Assembly (NCBI RefSeq): GCF_018977255.1
Contig: NW_024704742.1
Coordinates: 8,868,001 to 8,932,000 of the forward strand
Origin: Callorhinchus milii
Lineage: Eukaryota
Length of the DNA stretch: 64,000 bases
Reading direction: 5' to 3'
The notes under the pieces: generated by a model
Databases searched by the model: none
What the model saw: only the letters and a program-made list of their open reading frames with translations
What the model was told of the DNA's origin: nothing
Translations under genes and position numbers: made by a program
In this document: positions 49,821 through 61,977 of the stretch, piece after piece
Layout: every line of letters begins with the position of its first letter
How positions within the stretch are numbered: position 1 is the stretch's first letter

Positions 49821-52404
49821 TCACTGTGGCATATTGGTTAGAGTACGGTATCTCATATGCAGAAAACATGTACTGTACAAAACCGGTCTTCCGTACCTGT
49901 TGACTGTTCTGTATTGTGCATGTGATTTTTCGGCATTGTCTGCAAGTGGTGACGCAGAGCACTGCACATGCTACTTCAAGGCTGATAAGTGCTCATGCGA
50001 TGAAGGGTCCCCTTCACTCTCCACATAATTGCCCCCCACCTAGCTCACCATACATCAGGTGATGCTCTTTCCTTTCTCAGGCCCCAACCCTTCCGTGTAC
50101 GATGATGTTGATGGTATGCGCTGCCCACCCCCCCCCCCCCCCCCCCCGAGTGGGAGGGAGGGTCCGGAGAGTGTGGGGATGCAGTGACACGTTTGAGATA
50201 GGCACGGGAAATAAAGTTTTGACCCTGCAGCCGGTAAGTGTGGTAGCGGCCAGTGCAGTAGCAATGTTACGAGTTATGCTGTGGTAAACACGACGATTGC
50301 ATATAAATTTAAGTGGATTTAATAGGAAATTGAATGCGCCTCGGGTAGATGTACGACTTAGGTGCATGCACAATTTAAATAGAGACAACCTGTGCAAGCT
50401 TTACTGCAATAATTGTTGCATTTGATATAGTGTCTTATTGAGATATCACAAGGAGCTTCACAGGATTTACTGTAGCAACCATATTTTTTATATAGGCGAA
50501 CACAGCAGCCAATCTGCAACAATAATGTGCTACCATATTGTTGTAGGACAGTGTGGACCAACTGGCGGCCCGCGGGCCACATCTGGCCCAGTGGGTGGTT
50601 TTATCCAGCCCGAGACCATTTCTAACATTTCAATTTTCGTTCCCTCAAACCCGAGTATCCTCCCAGGGCAGTGGCAGGAGCCGGCGGTTATGAGGACGCA
50701 GCGTGGAGAGTGAAAATAATACCTGCCATTGCTGCAGTCTGTCAAGAAGGCAAGTGCATCTCTTACCAACTGCATCCTTAGCGACCGCCGGCTCCTGCCA
50801 CTGCAGATAGTGACCAGCACGGCTGATTGAGAGAATGATTGAGAGGGTGGTGGGAGAGGTGGGGGTTGGTGGGTGGGGGGGGGAGAGGGGGAGAGAGAGA
50901 AGAGGAGAGTATATGTATGTGAGAGAGAGGTAAGAAAGGGTGAGGTAGAGAGAGTCTGTGTTTGGTGGGTGGGCTCGAGCGTGTGATTGAGAGCGAGAGA
51001 GCTGTGAAAGATTGAGAATGTGAGGGGGAGAATGTGAGAGAGTATTAAAGCTGTGGTAGCCCATTCTTTCTATATACAGTACTGCACAGTACTGTACCTC
51101 GTGGAGATAACGTACTGTATCATGAATGGGAAAAAAACCAAACAGGTTTCAAAACAGAATTGTTTTATTAGAATACTAGCTGTACCTATTGCAGCTTCGC
51201 TTGTGACCAAAGGATCCAACATGGAATGTAGATTGACACACAGACAGACATTTCATCTTAATCTATACTCATCATCTGGGAGGACTCCTTTTGGGAGGAC
51301 TCAGTGGGCGGACTCGGCGCTTTAAAAATGTAATTTTGTTGTTGTTGTCGTGACTTAGCTTTGTCTGTGTTCTTTATTTTGTTCCCGCCGCTTACGTGCT
51401 CTGTGACGCAGGATGCCACAACACCACTTTGACTCGGCAGCCACCAGGTGTAATTGCAGTGAAAAACGCAAAACTGAAAATAACTCATGAACGATAGGAA
51501 ATACCCGAAAATAAATAAATGTTGCAAGACCTTTCCGGTGAGGTAGAAATCATGTCTATGTGTCAATTGAGGTCCTTCTTGAAGCGCAGACATATATTGT
51601 CGTTTTATTAGTATATAATAGATAATAGATAGAAGATACACTCTTACAAAGAAGGATGGTATTAACACTGTAACTGAATTATCAATCACTTTTTAAGATG
51701 TTAAATCAGATATAACCACTTAATTCACTCTGCCTGATCGCCCCCATTCAAATTCCGCGGCTGCAAATCACATTGAGGGGCAATGTCCATTTTCATTTCA
51801 GGATTTGCCTCGCAAAACTGGAGAATCTGGAATTTCTAATCGATCCTTATCAATAATTTGTGTTTAATTAGCCTAATCTGCATTGCCTGATAGCTGGTCA
51901 AACCCTCATCTTCGGTACATGTGTGCAGTACAGAACAGGAAACTGTTACTGTTAGTGAGGTAGCAGGGTTACGAGTTGTGTGACTGTTAATACGACTAGT
52001 GCAGGTAAGTTTAAGTGGATTTAATAGGAAATTGAACGGGACTTGGGCAGATTGTACAATTTAAACAGATCAGACTTACGTGAGTTTTACTGTACAGCCC
52101 AATAATTAAGAGTGTCTGTGGGGCAGGGGAGAGTGTGGGGGAAGGAGAGGAAAGGGTTCAGTGATTATGTGTAGGCAATGAGCTGAGGAAACAGTGCGTG
52201 TGGGCTCTGATAACTTCAAGTCATCTCCAGGCCCCGGCCAAACTTGACCACTGGGATAGAGACTAGAGTCACTGCTGGACCTGCACAGAGTGGGGAGGAG
52301 GCTGAGGCTCAGCGGAAAACATGTTGGTCCAACTTCCTGCTTCAAAACAGAAATCATTGAAAAATAACAGATCATTTGTAAAATCAGTGAGGTGCAAAGA
52401 CTCA

Positions 52405-52410
52405 TTTATT
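52405..52410 (-). terminator. Candidate polyadenylation signal of the Kazal inhibitor gene
   Basis: AATAAA on - strand ~250 nt after the stop, followed by U-rich sequence. Confidence 0.6.
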
Positions 52411-52661
52411 ATGGCTGTTAGAAAAGAGGAGTTGGATAGGACCAGTGTGAACATCACTAACTTAAATAGTTAAACTATTGTACATTGTATTGTTTCACAG
52501 TGCAAAACTTTTTAGTAAAATGTCAACATTTTGTAAATAGTCTACTTGGCTAATCATTGCAAACAAATGGTGATTAACTAGAATTGATGAGAATTGATGT
52601 GATTTGGATTCACAGATGTCCTGGTTACCCGGAGACTGCTTAGATTCTTGTGAGATTTAGC

Positions 52662-52707
52662 TCAACATTCTTCAAGCTTCTCAATAACAACATCTTCCTT
52701 GAGTTTC
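52662..52707 (-). CDS. Kazal inhibitor exon 4 ([14 protein letters not shown])
   Basis: catttcag|G AAA ... TGT TGA; supplies the sixth Cys. Confidence 0.9.
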
Positions 52708-55665
52708 CTGAAATGTAGAGAACATCAGTTGTGCTGAAATCAAAATCTTAATTGAATTGTTGTTTAATATGATTGTTGTTCAAGCTGATGTTCAAACATT
52801 TCCCATTTTACTTATGTCACATAACAGGTCCTCTTAAAGAACACAGAACTGCTCTTAAAGAAACTAGAGATGTGTGTTTATGTTTACACGCATAATGTGT
52901 AAACGCTTTGCAAGGAGAGACCTGGGTTTGATTCCCGGCAGGTCAGGGAGAAACCTTGGGCAAGTTTCCTTACTCCACACGCCTGATAATAATTCTTCAA
53001 AAAAAAATAATGAATTGGTCACTTCAATCCACGACTGTTTGTGGGACACTGCTGTGCACAATTGGCTGCCGCGTTTTGCCCACAAATGTTCAGTCAATTC
53101 ACTTTACAGTATATTCTGTGAAGCGCTTTGAGACATTGAGAAGGCGTGAAAAGTGCTATATCAAATGCAAGGATTACAAAATTAAACACGCATTGCTGTG
53201 CAGTGATCTTAGCTGCTTGATTTTAAGCATCTTCAAAACTGAACACATTCCTATGTGGGGCATCCAAAGCTGTGCTCCCTGATGACTAAATAAACTGGGA
53301 TTAAAATGAAACAGGAAAAGGAGGCTTATGACCTGGTGCAGGAACAGAGAGACCTGGAGATTCGCACATACAAATCTTTGAAGGGTGCAGGACAAATTGA
53401 CAAAGCTGTTCTAACAGCATACATGATCCATGGCTTTATAAATAGAGACAGAGTATAAGAACAGGGAGTAAAGTGTCCAATTCTGGGCACCACACTTTAG
53501 GAAGGATGTCAGGACCTTGGAGAGAGTGAAGAGGAGATTTACTATAATGATACCAGAGATGAGGGACTTCAATTATGTGGAGACACGAAAGTGGCTGCGA
53601 TTGTTTTCCTTTGAGCAGAGAAAGTTGAGGGGAGATTTAATACAGAGGTTCAAAATCATGAGGGGTTTTGACAGAGTAGATAAGGAGAAACTGTTTTCTT
53701 TAGCAGGTGGGCAGTAACCAGAGGACACAGATTTAAAATAATTGGCAAAAGAAACAGAGGGGAGACCAGGAGAATTTTGTTTACCCAGAGAGTTGTTACA
53801 GTCTGAAATGCACTGCCTGAAAGGATGGTGGAAACAGATTCGCTAATAGCTTTCAAAAAGGAATTGGACAGATACTTAAAAACGCGCAAGGTATGGGGTA
53901 AGAGCGGGGGAGTTGGTAGCTATTCACAGGCGCGATGGGTCAAATGCCCTTTTTGCTGTAAGATTTTACGATTCTGATTACATCACTGCGGATGTGATGG
54001 ATGTAATGGTTGGTTTGTGTGTGCTGTAACACTGTCGGATACTTTAACTCAATGCTATCTGCCTTGCATTGCTGCGCTGCTGATGTTCAAACATTTCCCA
54101 TTTTACTTATGTCACACGGCAGCTCCTCTTAAAGAACACAGAACTGCTCTTAAAGAAAGCAGAGATATGTGTTTATGTTTACCAGTTAATGAAACAGAGC
54201 ATGCATTCATTGTCATAGGTCACACCGTCAGATCCACAGACAGGCCGGAAGTTCAGTGGACAAGCTGGGAACATTTCTCTGTACTTCTCACAGTTTGGCT
54301 GGAATAGAAAACACAATCACTGCAGTTGTTCAAAAAGAAATGCGCACAAAGTAAAATGAAAGTTTAAGGCACACGGTTTACCTAAAACATTAAAGATCAT
54401 CTTACCTCAATGACTGTGACATATTTTCTGGCCTCTTTAAAATTATGCAAAGGGTTAAAAAAAGGTTAGGTTAATTACTTAATCATCAAAACAAATATAA
54501 TAACAATCCTTATGTTTTACACAGAACTCTCTCCCTCAATCCTTTCGCCTTGCCCACACTCTCCTCATTTTCAGGTCGCGTTTAAAGACCTTTCTGTTCA
54601 ACCGTGCCTACGGTCACCTTCCCCCCACCACTGACTCGGCATCAGGCTCCGCCACTGTTAAACACTCTGAGACGCCTTCCGGCGTGAAGAACGCTATATA
54701 CATGAAAGTTGTTGTACAATACATTCCAAAACATTGAGTATAAACACTAAGAAAACATGTTACAAATCAGGATTTAAACATTTATACAAATAATATAATC
54801 TCTCCCAGTTTTAATTTCCTTTATGTTCATATTGAAAGATATTATTGCTCTCTGGGTCACGCTGGAAACCTCACATAAGTCATATCATTTGGGACCATAC
54901 ATTTAATATGACTTATGCAAAGTGTGTCAAACTTGCACAAGTCGTACCATATATGACTTATGTACAGTTGTTGGATTTTGTTATGATCCAACATAACAAA
55001 TACACAAGTACTGAGCTGGCTGGTGACACTAAGGCAAAGGTTTCAAACTGGAAATTTTCAGACCCATCATTTTCCAGAACAATCATTTTCATGTACTTTT
55101 CAACCTGTTTTATATTCTCTAAATGTTTTATTTGAATGTTCCTGTTGTCTTTCCTGGCTTCTCTTCTCAGCGGGCTTCGATCTGCTCCATGTCCGCCGCC
55201 CATCCCATCCCACCCCACCATCGGAGAGCAAGTTTTTAGCCTCTCTGCCCACACCCTTTGGAACTCCATCCCACAGTCCTTCCACCTTGCTCCCTCCGTT
55301 GCCTCCTTCAAGGCCCATCTCAAGACCTTCCTCTTCGACTGTGCTTTCAGACACCCTCCTACTCCCAGCCTTCACATGATCCCAACCACAGCTCGCGTGC
55401 AAATCTCTTAACTGTTCAGCACCGTGGGACGTCCTCCCGATGTGAAAGGTGTTTTACAAATGTAATTTGTTGTTCTTGTTTTATTGTATTTTTCATATTC
55501 ATGCAATACAAAATTACATTTGTACAGTGCCGTTCACATCAGGAGGATAATACAGTGTTCAGATTCGCCATTTTAATACAAAATCATATGTTGAAATAAA
55601 GACCCGGAAAGTTAGAACTATGGGCTAAGAGGAAAGGAACAGTTAATTTGGAAACTTAGCTACAC

Positions 55666-55715
<50 letters not shown>

Positions 55716-57386
55716 CCTTGCATTTGATATACCGCTTTTCACGTCGGGAGGACGTCCCAAAGCGCTTCACAGAATATACTGTAAAGTGAATTGACTGTAT
55801 ATTTGTGGGCGAACGCGGCAGCCAATTGCGCACAGCAATGTCCCACAAACAGTCGTAGATTGAAAATGACCAATTTTATTATTGTTTTTTTTTGAAGGGA
55901 TTATTATTAGGCTCTGTATGGAGTAAGGAAACTTGCCGAAGGTTTCGCCCTCTGCCTGGAATTGAACTCAGATCTCTCGCTTGCAAAGCGAGTGCTCTAA
56001 CCACTGAGCTACAGGACTCCACGTGAGATTGAAGAGGTAGAATCGATAGACGGAACTATTGAGACAGATGGATGATAAAGATAAGAAAGTAGAGTGAAGA
56101 AGCAGAACAAAGGTGTGGTAAAGACAGAATAACAGCGGGGGGGGGGGGGGGGGGACGAAAACAAGATGTGGGGCCCTGCACTACACATCCTGAGATGTTT
56201 TTGAGACCTTGGTGACCTGGTTATATGGCTCAAGGTTTGACAAATGATTGGATGAAAGGGGGCATAAAAGACCCCGTTGAGAAACTTTGGAAAAGAAGAA
56301 GGAAGACTGCAGCAGTCTGCAGGCCAGATAGAAAATTGAAAGCTGGAAGACTTGGAACCGCTTTGCTTAAGACAGAAGATTGAAAGCTATAAGATTCGAA
56401 AGTGCTTTGCTTTAGACGGAAGATTGAAAGCTGAAAAACCTGAAACAACCTACTAGAACTTGGTAATATGGTTTGATTATTTGTATACAAGTATATAGTC
56501 TTATGTAACCTTATATGTGTGAGTAGCAGGCAATTGGCAGAGTGTATTAAACTATTGGGATTCTGAGTATTAAAAGAACCAATATAATCCATTTAAGCGT
56601 GTCTCTTATTTGGATTTTCTAACAACAGAGACGAGTTCCCTTCTCTCTCTCCTCTCTCAGCCCCGCCACCCCCACCACCCCCTCTCCCCCCACTGCCGTG
56701 TGCGATGATGTTGATGTTGCTCCTCGGGAGGACGGGTGCGAAGATTGTTGGAGTAAGGATGTGCGGTAGTCTGTTTGAGGTCGGCGCGGAATCCACATTT
56801 TGACCCGGCAGCCTGTAAGTATTTCGAGTTGTAAAGGCCAATTTCAGGCCAGATACCAGAATTTCTTTCTTTACAAAGTGCGTAATCAACTACTGGAAAA
56901 AAGGGAGTTAATTGATAATGATAACAACAACAACAACAAAATTACACTTATAGGGCGCTTTTCACGTCGGGAGGACGTCCCAAGGCGCTGATAATAATCA
57001 TTCATTAGAATTATCATTATTGGAAATGCAGTATCGCGAAGCAGTTAAAGGGGCGAGTTGATAAGACTACCAGTCCTTTCAGACCCAATCACCTTCAACT
57101 GTGCTACGCTTTTCAGAAATCATCTTACGTCCAATATTGTAATTCTTTTATTTTTCTCTCTCAGCTTATGTCCCCCACAGTCCTGACCCAAACCAACCTG
57201 GGATATTTTTACATTATACAATAGCGCATCTTAAAGTGGAAAGGCTGTTTTGCAGGTACAGACTAACACCTATAAAATAGAAGCAAATAAAAAACCTAAT
57301 GTTAGAAATCAAAATCCACAAAGGAACTTACCCACAGCACAGACGAGGAACATGGAAACCAGAGCAAAAGCTGGCAAGGATTTCAT
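52662..57386 (-). CDS. Secreted single-domain Kazal-type serine protease inhibitor (SPINK-like), 81 aa; exons 57332-57386, 54406-54434, 54183-54298, 52662-52707
   Basis: Spliced product [81 protein letters not shown]. Signal peptide, six Cys, PVCGSDGxTYxNEC signature; exon sizes 55/29/116/46 nt with intron phases 1, 0, 2. Confidence 0.95.
52905..53178 (+). mobile_element. tRNA-derived SINE, 5'-truncated
   Basis: Family core and tail. Confidence 0.85.
53400..53980 (+). mobile_element. CR1 LINE 3' fragment
   Basis: [12 protein letters not shown]...[14 protein letters not shown]. Confidence 0.85.
54183..54298 (-). CDS. Kazal inhibitor exon 3 ([38 protein letters not shown])
   Basis: tattccag|CCA ... 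AAC TG|gtaaac; Kazal signature. Confidence 0.97.
54406..54434 (-). CDS. Kazal inhibitor exon 2 (29-nt micro-exon, ARKYVTVIE)
   Basis: Branch point cctaac, pyrimidine tract, aaag|AG GCC ... GAG|gtaaga; phase 1-0 bridges exons 1 and 3. Confidence 0.88.
55556..56624 (+). mobile_element. Solo LTR interrupted by a SINE
   Basis: TGTT...AACA termini; ACAG at 55552-55555 and 56625-56628; ATTAAA near the 3' end. Confidence 0.65.
55667..56022 (-). mobile_element. Young full-length tRNA-derived SINE with long (TAA)n tail
   Basis: Near-identical to 43135-43455; (TAA)n at 55667-55714. Confidence 0.9.
57332..57386 (-). CDS. Kazal inhibitor exon 1 coding part (signal peptide [18 protein letters not shown])
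   Basis: caacATGA; hydrophobic core; G|gtaagt donor. Confidence 0.92.
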
Positions 57387-57465
57387 GTTGCTGCAGCAGA
57401 AATGTTGACTGTTGTTAGTAATTGTCTGCGTGTCTGTCAGTGTAAACTGCTGATACCGGTGCTGG

Positions 57466-57498
57466 TTTATATAAAGGAAAGGCTGGTCAATGACTCAT
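57466..57498 (-). promoter_or_regulatory. Kazal inhibitor promoter: TATA box and AP-1 site
   Basis: TATATAAA on - strand at 57473-57466; ATGACTCAT at 57490-57498. Confidence 0.75.
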
Positions 57499-57842
57499 TG
57501 AGGAATGTGCAACATAGAATGAATGTGTCAACCAACAGATAAAGAATTACACGTGTTTCAAGTGTTTCCGTGTAAAGCAATGGTTTTACTCAAACACAGG
57601 ATAAAGCTTATTCAAGGATCTTCTAATATTACTATTCACTGAGTACAGGGAGTGCTCTTTGCTTATCTCGTTCCTCCCAAATACTGACATAATAATAACA
57701 TGTTTTTATATAACAAAATTACATTTGTGTAGCACCTTTCACGTTGAGAGGACGTCCCAAGGAAAAGTACTGTCCCTTCCCCACAGTACTCCTTGTCTCA
57801 TGAGAAGGTGATGTCTCTTCTGGAAACCTCCTTTCCTGGAAT

Positions 57843-58345
57843 TATAATAATGATCCTTGTATTTGACACAGTGCCTTATCACATCGTCAAGACGTCTCAA
57901 AGCGCTTCACAGAATATACTGTAAAGTGTAGTGACTGAATTTTCTGAGCGAAAAATTGGCAGACAATTGCGCACAGCAGTGTCCCACAAACAGTCATGAG
58001 GACACCTGTAGCTCAGTGATTAGGGCACTTGCCTCTCAAGCAAGAGACCTGGGTTCTATTCCAGGCAGGGCGAAATGTTGGGCACATTTCCTTACTCCAC
58101 ACGCCTCTGCCTTATCTAGCAGTAAGTAGGAACCCGATTGGCAAATCTCTTTTCCAGGGATAATAATCCCTCAAGAAAAAAAAACAATAATAATTTGGTC
58201 ACTCAATTAACGACTGTTTGTGGCTGCCATGTTTCACCCATAAATATACAGTCAATATTCACTTTATAGCATATTCTATGAAGCGCTTTGAGACATCTCA
58301 AAGACGTGAAAAGCGCTATATCAAATGCCAGGGTTATTCTTCTTC
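57843..58345. mobile_element. SINE 3' half (- strand) abutting a near full-length SINE (+ strand)
   Basis: Family tail reversed at 57843-57997; head cctgtagctcagtg at ~58005. Confidence 0.8.
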
Positions 58346-58439
58346 TTCTTATTATTATTATGAGTGACCACGTTATTAGTTCTTTGGGAAGGATTATTAT
58401 GCCCGGAAAGCGATCCGCCAATCGACTAACAACAAGGTT

Positions 58440-58640
58440 CACATTCTCACACAGACACTCCCAACACACCCACATACTCTCAGACACACACACTCTCAAC
58501 ATACACACACGCACATCGACACACTCATATAGACACACTCTCATACACTCACTTTCAGTCACACACTCATTCAGACACACACACTCTCAGACACTCACTC
58601 TCAGTCACCCACATACGTTCAGCCACACACTCACTCACAG
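58440..58640 (+). repeat. Degenerate (CA/CT)n microsatellite
   Basis: Directly visible. Confidence 0.85.
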
Positions 58641-59749
58641 AGCTCCCGGTCACGTCAGGGTGCAACAGCGGCTCTTGCTGGCAGAACTCTATTACCTCTC
58701 TGTTAATTCTCTGGTGGTGGCGGGGGGGGGGGGGCTTTTCTTTTTAAGAAAGGGGGTTAACAAAGATAACAATACCCAACATAAAATGTTGTATGTGTGT
58801 GGTGGCGAATAGGAGAATAGCATAAAGGGATTCTGGATAGAAAATGTTCAGGCTAACAGGCCATTTGCGGGGGTGCATTTTGGTGTGGTGAGGGGCGGTG
58901 GGGGGAGCACGAAAGGGGTTTAAGCACCACATTCACCAGCCGTTAAAATTTTTCCCCTCTGTAGCGGCCTGGGATATCTTCCTGTCTGCTTTGCCGACCT
59001 ACATAAATAAAATATAAATACATGAATGTATATAAAAAATAAAGGTAAGTGTACACACATGCGCACATCACATTTTGGGACAACTCTGGTTACAAGGCGA
59101 GTGTTCCTCTCTACGATCCCCATTTTGAACCCCTCAGTGAGTAGATACCCTGTTATGCAGGGAGATGTGAGGACAGCCAGTGGCCGGGGTCAGGTCCCAC
59201 CGAGCTTCTGACATTAAAGGTGCTTTGAAAGTATATTGTTGTTGCTGTTGGCCAGGTTAACAGCACACAGGATGTGCACACATTTTTTGGGACGCTCCCT
59301 TTAAGTACAGTTTGAAACCCTCCCCGTGTGCACGACGTACATGTGGTACCCGCACATACCCTGACAAGGCGCGATTGCTGATTTCGATTGGCGCTCGATG
59401 TGTATTGTACACGCACACGTTTACCCAATAAAAAAAACCTGAAAACATCGCAAACACAACACCGTACACGTACACTAATCAACCCAACCAGTCCTGCTCC
59501 TGTCACCGCAGTCTCCCCGCCGAGGTTCTGTTCCCTTTATCTACAGGACGGTGAGCCCTTACCTCCCTCTCTGCTGCTCTCCCCTTATGGGAAGAGACAG
59601 GCAGACATACATACATTTTCGGGCGCTTTTTGGTTACACATCGAGCGTCTCTCTGTACATTACATGGCTACACACATATTTAGTTTTGGGTTTGCTGGTG
59701 AGTTACCCAGTGAGCGCGCCCTGATGCCCCCCTTCCCCTGGTAGGGACC

Positions 59750-60440
59750 CTGACACGTGGGGGTGTGACGCGGATGTGAGAGTGGCTAGTGCAGGAGCGG
59801 TTCCGGCTTGTCTTTGCCGCGGCTGAGCCGAACTTCAGCGTGTCCCTTAGTGCGTAGCCCCTGATCCTAGCGTGCGTGAGCCTGAGGCAGGCCGTCTCCA
59901 ACAACTCGTCCCTCTGGAAGCCATCAGGTCTCGGGAACCAAAAGGCCTCCTTCACCCAGTTACTGATCCACCAGGTGATTAAGTGTGTCTGTGGGTGTAG
60001 CTGTGTGTGTCTGTGGGTATGGCTGTGTCTGTGGGTATGGCTGGGTTTGAGTGTGTCTGTGGGTGTGTGTGTCTGTGTAAGTCTCTGGGAAGAGGCTGTC
60101 AGCACTAAGTGCAGTGACTGCGGGCCCCAGGGACCAATCCCCAGAGCAGCCATTCTACCCCCTTCATGTATCAACATTCCAGGAAGAGGAGGTCCTTGGT
60201 CTCCTGGTCTCTGCAGGCGGCCCTGAGGGCAGCACTGACTGGACATGTCCTCGCTGTGCATGGGGAGGGGAGGGAAAGCCCAGCTCATGGCCAGCCACGC
60301 CGGGTCCTGATGGTTGTTGCACAGGGCTGGTGACGAGGTGATCTGCTGGATGTGGCTGGCAATGGCTGCCATGAGGCTATTTAGAAGTCTCTGGACAAAG
60401 GACAACTATGTGGCATGTTCTGGGGCAGTTCTGCCCGATC
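59750..60440 (-). mobile_element. Tx1-clade non-LTR retrotransposon ORF2 C-terminal remnant
   Basis: WWISNWVKEAFW...CLRLTHARIRGYALRDTLKFGSAAAK resembles recalled Tx1 C-termini; frameshifted and split by a GT microsatellite (~59983-60078). Confidence 0.65.
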
Positions 60441-61551
60441 CGTCCTCTCGGCACCGGGTACAGTTTAGCTAAATTCGGGGACCTGAGTAAGGGTCTAAGA
60501 GGGATCTAGCTCCACTCAAAATTCCCAAACCTTTCCAGAACAGGTAAAATTGTTCAAATGACCTCTTCTGTGTTTTCCAAGTGGTTTTCGTTTATTGAGA
60601 CTCAGCAGGTTTTTAAAAGTATAAGATTCCACACGTGCTAGTTTTTATTTTTGGGTCACTGTGCTGCATTCGGAAAAAACTGTTTTAGACTATTGTTTGA
60701 ATAAATGAGAATAGTTTAAGATAAATAAAGTGCCTCCTGACATGAAAGGCACTAATCAAATATAATTTGTTGTTGTTGTGGGATGTTCTTGAGATCCCTC
60801 TGACTGGGGTCAAAACTTGGACAAAAATGAGAAGTGAAGGATTGTGACTTTCAGCCTGCACCTGGAACGTGTAATTCACACATACAAAAAAGGATAAGAG
60901 TACCATGACAACCCACGCTCTCCTTCTAGGGGGAACATCTTGGTTTCATGCAACAGTAAGAAACAAAGTGAAGCCAAACAAGGTGATGGTGCGGTGGGAC
61001 ACTGGTTTCACTTAGCCGAGTTTCTGACTTCTGTTACTAGCATCGTTCATCAACTGCTCATAAGCATTTTATTCCTTGCCTATGAAGAAAAATCCAAGAA
61101 CTTTGAGACTATTGAGGTATACACTGCTATCAAATGAAGCTATATTTTACTTTTATAATGTGGAATTTTACAAAAAGTGGCAACATAGATTTCAGTTGGT
61201 TATTCAACCCCCGCTTCCATTCCACAGAAACATGTTCTTGCCTGTCCTTTGGACCTCCTGATGACACATTTTCTTCCAGCTGAGTAGCAGGAAGAGGACT
61301 GATTTTGAAGGCTCTGACAATTTTGATTCAGCCCCCCATTGAAAGGTGCTCAAGTGCAAAACTCAACAGTGTGGCCTAACAGAAAGAGGGGTCAACATCA
61401 GGCCTTTCCCACATTAGGGAAATGAGCACAGATCAGGGTCACATCAACTCCATGTTGCTGCTACACAAAAATGTTCCTTGTCATTCAATTAAATGGATAA
61501 ACATCATGAAAACTGGGACTAGGGGTTAATCAGTCTTTTCATCTCTGGCAC

Positions 61552-61908
61552 GTGGAATCCTGTAGCTCAGTGATTAAAACACTTGTCTCACAAGCGAGAC
61601 ACCTGGGTTTGATTCCAAGCAGAAGGACAAATTTCCTTACTCCACACACCTGTTTACCTAGCAGTAAGTAGGAACCCGGTTGTTAATCGATTGGCGGATT
61701 GCTTTTCTGAGGGTAATAATCCCTTCAAAAAATAATAAATTGGTCACTCAATCCATGACTGTTTGTGGGACACTACTGTGCGCAATTGGTTGCTGGTTTC
61801 ACCCACAAAATATACAGTCAATTCACTTTACAGTATATTCCTTGAAGTGCTTTGAGACGTCTCAAAGACGTGATAAGGCGCTATATCAATTGCAAGAATT
61901 ATTATTAT
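61552..61908 (+). mobile_element. tRNA-derived SINE (longer subfamily)
   Basis: gtggaatcctgtagctcagtg head; family tail. Confidence 0.85.
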
Positions 61909-61977
61909 GGGCTCAAATCCAGCCCTGACTGATGGGACTTACTTCTTTATGATACATCAATTGTAGTATCAACCTTG

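Noticed and set aside
57198..57269. Alternative exon 2 after the signal-peptide exon (has a CxC in one frame, chemokine-like)
   Set aside because: Stops in all three frames; the Kazal exons downstream give a complete in-phase product.
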